Translations under genes and position numbers: made by a program
Assembly (NCBI GenBank): GCA_965204745.1
Contig: OZ242010.1
Coordinates: forward strand, 2,016,001-2,080,000
Direction: 5' to 3'
DNA from: Candidatus Latescibacterota bacterium
Lineage (GTDB): Bacteria; Latescibacterota; UBA2968
DNA length: 64,000 nucleotides
Part shown: positions 59,544-64,000 of the stretch, piece by piece
Layout: the number at the start of each line of letters is the position of its first letter
How positions within the stretch are numbered: position 1 is the first letter of the stretch
Notes under the pieces: model-generated
Told to the model about the DNA's origin: nothing
The model's input: only the letters and a program-made list of their open reading frames with translations
The model's database searches: none

Positions 59544-61538
59544 CTACCGATTGGCGAGGAGGTCGTCGACCACAGCGGGGTCCGCGAGGGTGGAGGTGTC
59601 GCCGAGGTCAGACGTGTCGTTTTCGGCGATCTTGCGGAGGATGCGGCGCATGATTTTGCCGGACCGGGTTTTGGGCAGTCCAGGTGCCCAGTGGATCGCG
59701 TCTGGCGTGGCGATGGGGCCGATTTCCGTGCGGACTTGTCGGACGAGTTCGGCCTTGAGGTCGTCGGTATAGGCTTCGCCCGCGTTGAGCGTGACATAAG
59801 CGTAAATGCCTTGGCCCTTGATTTCGTGCGGGAAGCCCACCACGGCGGCTTCGGCCACTTTGCCGTGGGAGACCAACGCGCTTTCGACTTCGGCAGTGCC
59901 CATGCGGTGGCCCGAGATGTTGATCACGTCATCGACCCGCCCGGTGATCCAATAGTACCCGTCTTCATCCCGGCGGCAACCGTCGCCCGTGAAGTAAAAT
60001 CCCTTGTACTGCTGAAAATAGGTTTCCTCAAACCGCTTGTGATCCCCATAGACGGTCCGCATTTGCCCGGGCCAGGGTTCGGAAATCGCGAGCACGCCAT
60101 CCACGCCATCGCCCTCGACGACTTTGCCGGATTCGGGTTCGAGCACCACGGGTTTGATGCCGTACAAGGGCAGGGTGGCCGAGCCGGGTTTGGTGGGGGT
60201 CGCGCCCGGCAAGGGGCTGATGAGAATGCCCCCGGTCTCGGTTTGCCACCACGTATCCACGATGGGGCATCGCCCGCGCCCAATATTGCGATGGTACCAC
60301 TGCCACGCTTCCGGGTTGATGGGCTCGCCCACTGTGCCGAGGAGTTTGAGCGATGACAAATCGTATTTGGCGGGCCAGGATTCGCCCTCGCGGGTGAGGG
60401 CGCGAATGGCCGTGGGCGCGGTGTAGAATTGATTGACCTGGTATTTGTCGATGACCTGCCAGTAGCGGCCCGGATCCGGATAGACCGGCGTGCTTTCAAA
60501 CATGATGGTGGTGGCCGCATTTGCCAGGGGGCCGTAGATGATGTAGGAATGGCCCGTGATCCAGCCGATGTCAGCCGCGCAAAAGTAGATGTCCCCGGCT
60601 CGATAGTCGAAAACGTGTTTGTGCGTAAAACCCGTGTACACCATGTACCCGCCTACATTGTGTTGCACGCCCTTGGGCTTGCCGGTGGAGCCAGAGGTGT
60701 AGAGGATGAAGAGTGGGTCTTCGGCGTCCATCGCTTCGCACGGGCAGTCCGCACGCGCTTCTGCCATCGCGTCGTGCCACCAGAGGTCGCGGCCTTCCCG
60801 CATGGGACATGGCATGTCTGGACGTTCTCCGACGCGCTGAACGACGATGCAGGTGTGGACATGGGCATCGGGCATGCGCGAATCGGCCAAGGCGATGGCT
60901 TCGTCCGCGGGTTGCTTGCGCGCCATGGGGCGGTCGCCGCGGAACATGCCATCGGTGGTCAGCACCACGCGACAAGCGGAATCCACAATGCGATCCGCCA
61001 ATGCCTCGGCGGAAAAGCCCCCAAAGACGATGGAATGGATCGCACCGATGCGCGCACAGGCCAGCATGGCGATGGCGAGCTCGGGGATCATGGGCATATA
61101 AATCGAGACGCAGTCGCCTTTTTTGACCCCGCGCGATTTGAGCACATTGGCGAATTTGCACACTTGCTCGTGCAATTCTTTGTACGTGAGTTGGGCGTCT
61201 TCGCCGGGTTCGTTGCCCTCCCAAATAATGGCGACCTGATCCCCCCGAGATTTGAGGTGACGGTCGATGCAGTTGTACGCGATATTGGTTTTCGCCCCTT
61301 CAAACCACCGGATGGAGATCGGCCCCTGATCCATGTCGTAGTTGTAGGAGCGCACGGCGTCCCATTTTTTGTACCAGTGGAATGAATCGGCGACCCCTGC
61401 CCAGAACGCTTCGGGATCGGCAATCGACAGGGCGTATTGTTGCCGGTATGCGTCCATGCTGGGCACATGCGCCGCGGCACTGAGCGTTTTCGGGGGGATG
61501 TACGTCCCGTTTTTTTCGACCACTTGATTCGTTGCCAT
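59544..61538 (-). CDS. acs: Acetyl-CoA synthetase
   Basis: [31 protein letters not shown]. Confidence 0.98.
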   Translation of the reverse strand: MATNQVVEKNGTYIPPKTLSAAAHVPSMDAYRQQYALSIADPEAFWAGVADSFHWYKKWDAVRSYNYDMDQGPISIRWFEGAKTNIAYNCIDRHLKSRGDQVAIIWEGNEPGEDAQLTYKELHEQVCKFANVLKSRGVKKGDCVSIYMPMIPELAIAMLACARIGAIHSIVFGGFSAEALADRIVDSACRVVLTTDGMFRGDRPMARKQPADEAIALADSRMPDAHVHTCIVVQRVGERPDMPCPMREGRDLWWHDAMAEARADCPCEAMDAEDPLFILYTSGSTGKPKGVQHNVGGYMVYTGFTHKHVFDYRAGDIYFCAADIGWITGHSYIIYGPLANAATTIMFESTPVYPDPGRYWQVIDKYQVNQFYTAPTAIRALTREGESWPAKYDLSSLKLLGTVGEPINPEAWQWYHRNIGRGRCPIVDTWWQTETGGILISPLPGATPTKPGSATLPLYGIKPVVLEPESGKVVEGDGVDGVLAISEPWPGQMRTVYGDHKRFEETYFQQYKGFYFTGDGCRRDEDGYYWITGRVDDVINISGHRMGTAEVESALVSHGKVAEAAVVGFPHEIKGQGIYAYVTLNAGEAYTDDLKAELVRQVRTEIGPIATPDAIHWAPGLPKTRSGKIMRRILRKIAENDTSDLGDTSTLADPAVVDDLLANR

Positions 61539-61728
61539 CGCAGTTCCTCGCTTTCTCGAATACTCGGTTTGGGATGATGCGGTGAATATAAGGCGAGATC
61601 ACCGATGGCGCAATGCGGAAAACCGAGCGGATTTTTGGGAACCCCTACGATGCGTGGGGGTTTAATAGGCGACCAACGATATCAGATCTTGGGCCTGGCG
61701 GAAATGCCGGCTCGAGGGGAGGGTTTTT

Positions 61729-62340
61729 ATGCTTATGGTAGATTCGAGATCTGGGCATGGCGAACAATCGGATATGGAGGTTCTCGCTGAGGTGTCTGCT
61801 GGCGATATCGATGCGTACGGGAAAATCGTGCGACGCTACCAAGGGCGATTGTACAATTTTATCCTTCGATTTGTGAACGATAGGGAAACAGCAGAAGATA
61901 TCGTGCAGGAGGCGTTTTTGCGTGCATTTGGCAAGCGCGAGGAATACCGCGCCATCGCCAATTTTTCGACGTGGTTGTTCACCATTGCCGCGAATTTGGC
62001 AAAGAGCGAACTGCGAAGGCGCAAGCGATGGCGGTTGTTTTCCCTGAATCGAGACGATGAGTCCGACACCGGCATGGAATTGCCCGATGAGTCGAAGCGC
62101 CCAGATCGCATGGCGGAAACCGCGCTGACCGATGTGGAAATTCAAAATGCCATTGCTTCGCTGACCGATAATTACCGCCAAGTGATTTTGTTGCGCGACG
62201 TGGAGGGCATGTCGTATTACGAAATTTCCCAAATCATGAATTGTCCAGTTGGCACGGTCAAATCGCGCGTCAACCGCGCCCGCTTGAAATTGAAACAGAA
62301 GTTGAAAAACGAGGGCCGAGACGTGGGCATCGGTGTCTGA
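61729..62340 (+). CDS. ECF sigma factor (RpoE-like)
   Basis: AEDIVQEAF, FSTWL..IA.N, GTVKSRVNRAR. Confidence 0.93.
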   Translation: MLMVDSRSGHGEQSDMEVLAEVSAGDIDAYGKIVRRYQGRLYNFILRFVNDRETAEDIVQEAFLRAFGKREEYRAIANFSTWLFTIAANLAKSELRRRKRWRLFSLNRDDESDTGMELPDESKRPDRMAETALTDVEIQNAIASLTDNYRQVILLRDVEGMSYYEISQIMNCPVGTVKSRVNRARLKLKQKLKNEGRDVGIGV

Positions 62341-62438
62341 CCTATCCCCTGCTCGCCCAAAGATAAAGGCGGATTACTCGCTCCGTTAGGCTACGCCTGT
62401 GCGGGAAAGGGCATTACATAGGAGGTCGAATAGAGACC

Positions 62439-62999
62439 ATGACTGTTAAAGAATTTGAATCGCGGGTTTCGGCTTATGTCGAAGGAGAGTTGAGCCCGGT
62501 TGAAATGGCGACTATGGAGCGCAAGGTCGCCGAGTGCGAATACTGCCGCGCTTTGTTGGCGGATGTGCGAACACTCATCGAGCGCGTGAAAGAATTGCCG
62601 AAGGTGCGTCCCTCGGCGGAATTTGTGTTCGCGTTGCGTAGCCGGTTGTTGATGGAAGGATCGAAGAAGAGACGCGGTTTGCACGAGGTGCTGTTTTCCT
62701 CTGCCACGCGAACCATTACCACGCTGGCCGCTGCTGTGATGATCGGCTTGGGGTTGACGCAGGTGGTGGTCGATTCCGATGTCCCACCGATGGCGGTCGA
62801 GCAAGCGGAAATCCCCTTGGCACCGGGCAAACAGGTCGATGTGGGCGCGCTGGAGTTGGAACGCTTGTCCGAGGAATCGCATCGTCTGGATGGCCGCCAT
62901 GTGCGGGATTCGATGCAGGTGGATTCCCTGCGGCAACGGCCATCGAATGTGCGCGATCAGCACCGCGTGAGGCAGGTTCCGGTGTCGTATTCATTTTGA
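62439..62999 (+). CDS. Anti-sigma factor (zf-HC2-like) with one TM helix
   Basis: SAYVEGEL..CEYC; TM segment; follows the sigma gene. Confidence 0.82.
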   Translation: MTVKEFESRVSAYVEGELSPVEMATMERKVAECEYCRALLADVRTLIERVKELPKVRPSAEFVFALRSRLLMEGSKKRRGLHEVLFSSATRTITTLAAAVMIGLGLTQVVVDSDVPPMAVEQAEIPLAPGKQVDVGALELERLSEESHRLDGRHVRDSMQVDSLRQRPSNVRDQHRVRQVPVSYSF

Positions 63000-63023
63000 T
63001 GTTGGCGCAACAGAGTGGCATTT

Positions 63024-64000
63024 ATGGCACGGAATAACCTCAAGGCGATGACGGCGAGATGTTTGGGGTGTGCCCTGGCGTTGTGCTTGCTCGCAGGCAA
63101 GGGGTGGGGCACGGGCTTGTTGCACGCGCTCGAAAATGAGATCGCAGCGATTTTGGAATCCAATCGGAAGGGCGTGGTGTGCATTCACGCGCTGTATCCC
63201 CGGCCGCAGGCAGACGATGGATCACGCGGTTCGTTGTGTGCCCACGGCACGGGGTTTGTTTTTGACCCGCGGGGATACATTTTAACTATCGAGGCCGCGG
63301 TCAAAGATGCCGAGGAGATTCGCGTTACGCTCGCGTCTAAGGTGCAGGTGCGGGCGTCGCTCGTGGGGTCAGACCCGATTTCCGGGATCGCCGTCATTCG
63401 CACAGAAGCGGAGAATTTGCCCACGGTTGTGGTGGGCGATTCGCAGAAAATTCGCATCGGGCACTACGCCTTTTTGCTCGGCAATAATTTTGGCAATCTG
63501 GTGCCGTCGTTTGGGACCGTCCACGAAATTCATCCGGATACGGATTTGATTCAGGTGTCTGCCCATGTGCAGAGCAGTTATGGCGGCGCGCCCGTGTTTT
63601 GCAGCAGTGGTCGAGTTGGGGGCATGGTGTGGCGTTATCAGGATCCGGTCAGGGCCATTGCCCGAGATAGCGGCCCCCTGTCGCAGACCTTGCGCGGATG
63701 GGGGCCGATGCCATCCTCGGTTTTTGTCATTCCGATCAACCGCGCCATGCGGGTGGCACGCGCCTTGGTCGCGCATGGGCAGATGGCTTACGGCAAGTTG
63801 GGCGTGGAGGTCGCGCAACAGGGCAACGAGGTGGTGGTGGTCGATGTGCAGCCCAACAGCCCGGCGACAAAGGGCGGGCTTCAGTCGGGCGATGTGGTGC
63901 TCTCATTTCGGGGCCGCGCCATTGCCGGCCCGGTGCATCTGAAGCGCGTGGTGATGGAGAGCACACCTGGGGAGACCGCAACCCTGGGGATTCGGCGAGA
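63024..64000 (+). CDS. HtrA/DegP-like trypsin + PDZ protein lacking the catalytic triad, truncated by window end
   Basis: Hand translation open to 64000: GTGFVFDPRGYILT, GSDPISGIAVIR, IQVSAHVQSSYGGAPV, PDZ motif SPATKGGLQSGDVV. Confidence 0.85.
   Translation, partial: MARNNLKAMTARCLGCALALCLLAGKGWGTGLLHALENEIAAILESNRKGVVCIHALYPRPQADDGSRGSLCAHGTGFVFDPRGYILTIEAAVKDAEEIRVTLASKVQVRASLVGSDPISGIAVIRTEAENLPTVVVGDSQKIRIGHYAFLLGNNFGNLVPSFGTVHEIHPDTDLIQVSAHVQSSYGGAPVFCSSGRVGGMVWRYQDPVRAIARDSGPLSQTLRGWGPMPSSVFVIPINRAMRVARALVAHGQMAYGKLGVEVAQQGNEVVVVDVQPNSPATKGGLQSGDVVLSFRGRAIAGPVHLKRVVMESTPGETATLGIRR

Overview
64 kb of a GC-rich bacterial chromosome. The gene repertoire (secreted WD40/Ig/dockerin-like protein, GWxTD-TPR, large OPT-like membrane protein, PhyH, heparinase) suggests a Latescibacterota/Gemmatimonadota-like, possibly sponge-associated organism; this is inference only. 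The housekeeping backbone is argH, surE, pdxH-pdxJ, tig-clpP-clpX, an rnhB-yraN fusion, acs and an ECF sigma/anti-sigma/HtrA-like operon. Four AT-richer accessory blocks look defence-related: a Zn-finger-HEPN-like fusion; an Eco57I-like methyltransferase plus PD-(D/E)xK gene behind a helicase stump; a three-gene small protein + Rad50/SMC-like ATPase + Mrr-like nuclease operon, which is the best candidate for an undescribed system; and an AAA ATPase plus partner. Mobile DNA comprises an intact IS5 (IS427-like) element, a remnant of it, three composite MITEs sharing its ends, an IS982 element inside a heptamer repeat, an internally deleted tnpB element, and many REP-like and 7-/9-mer repeats. 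Two real genes running off the window edges are missing from the ORF track: a Cyc2-like CxxCH cytochrome-barrel protein and an HtrA homologue lacking its catalytic triad. No tRNA, rRNA or CRISPR array was seen. All family calls are by motif recognition; no searches were run.
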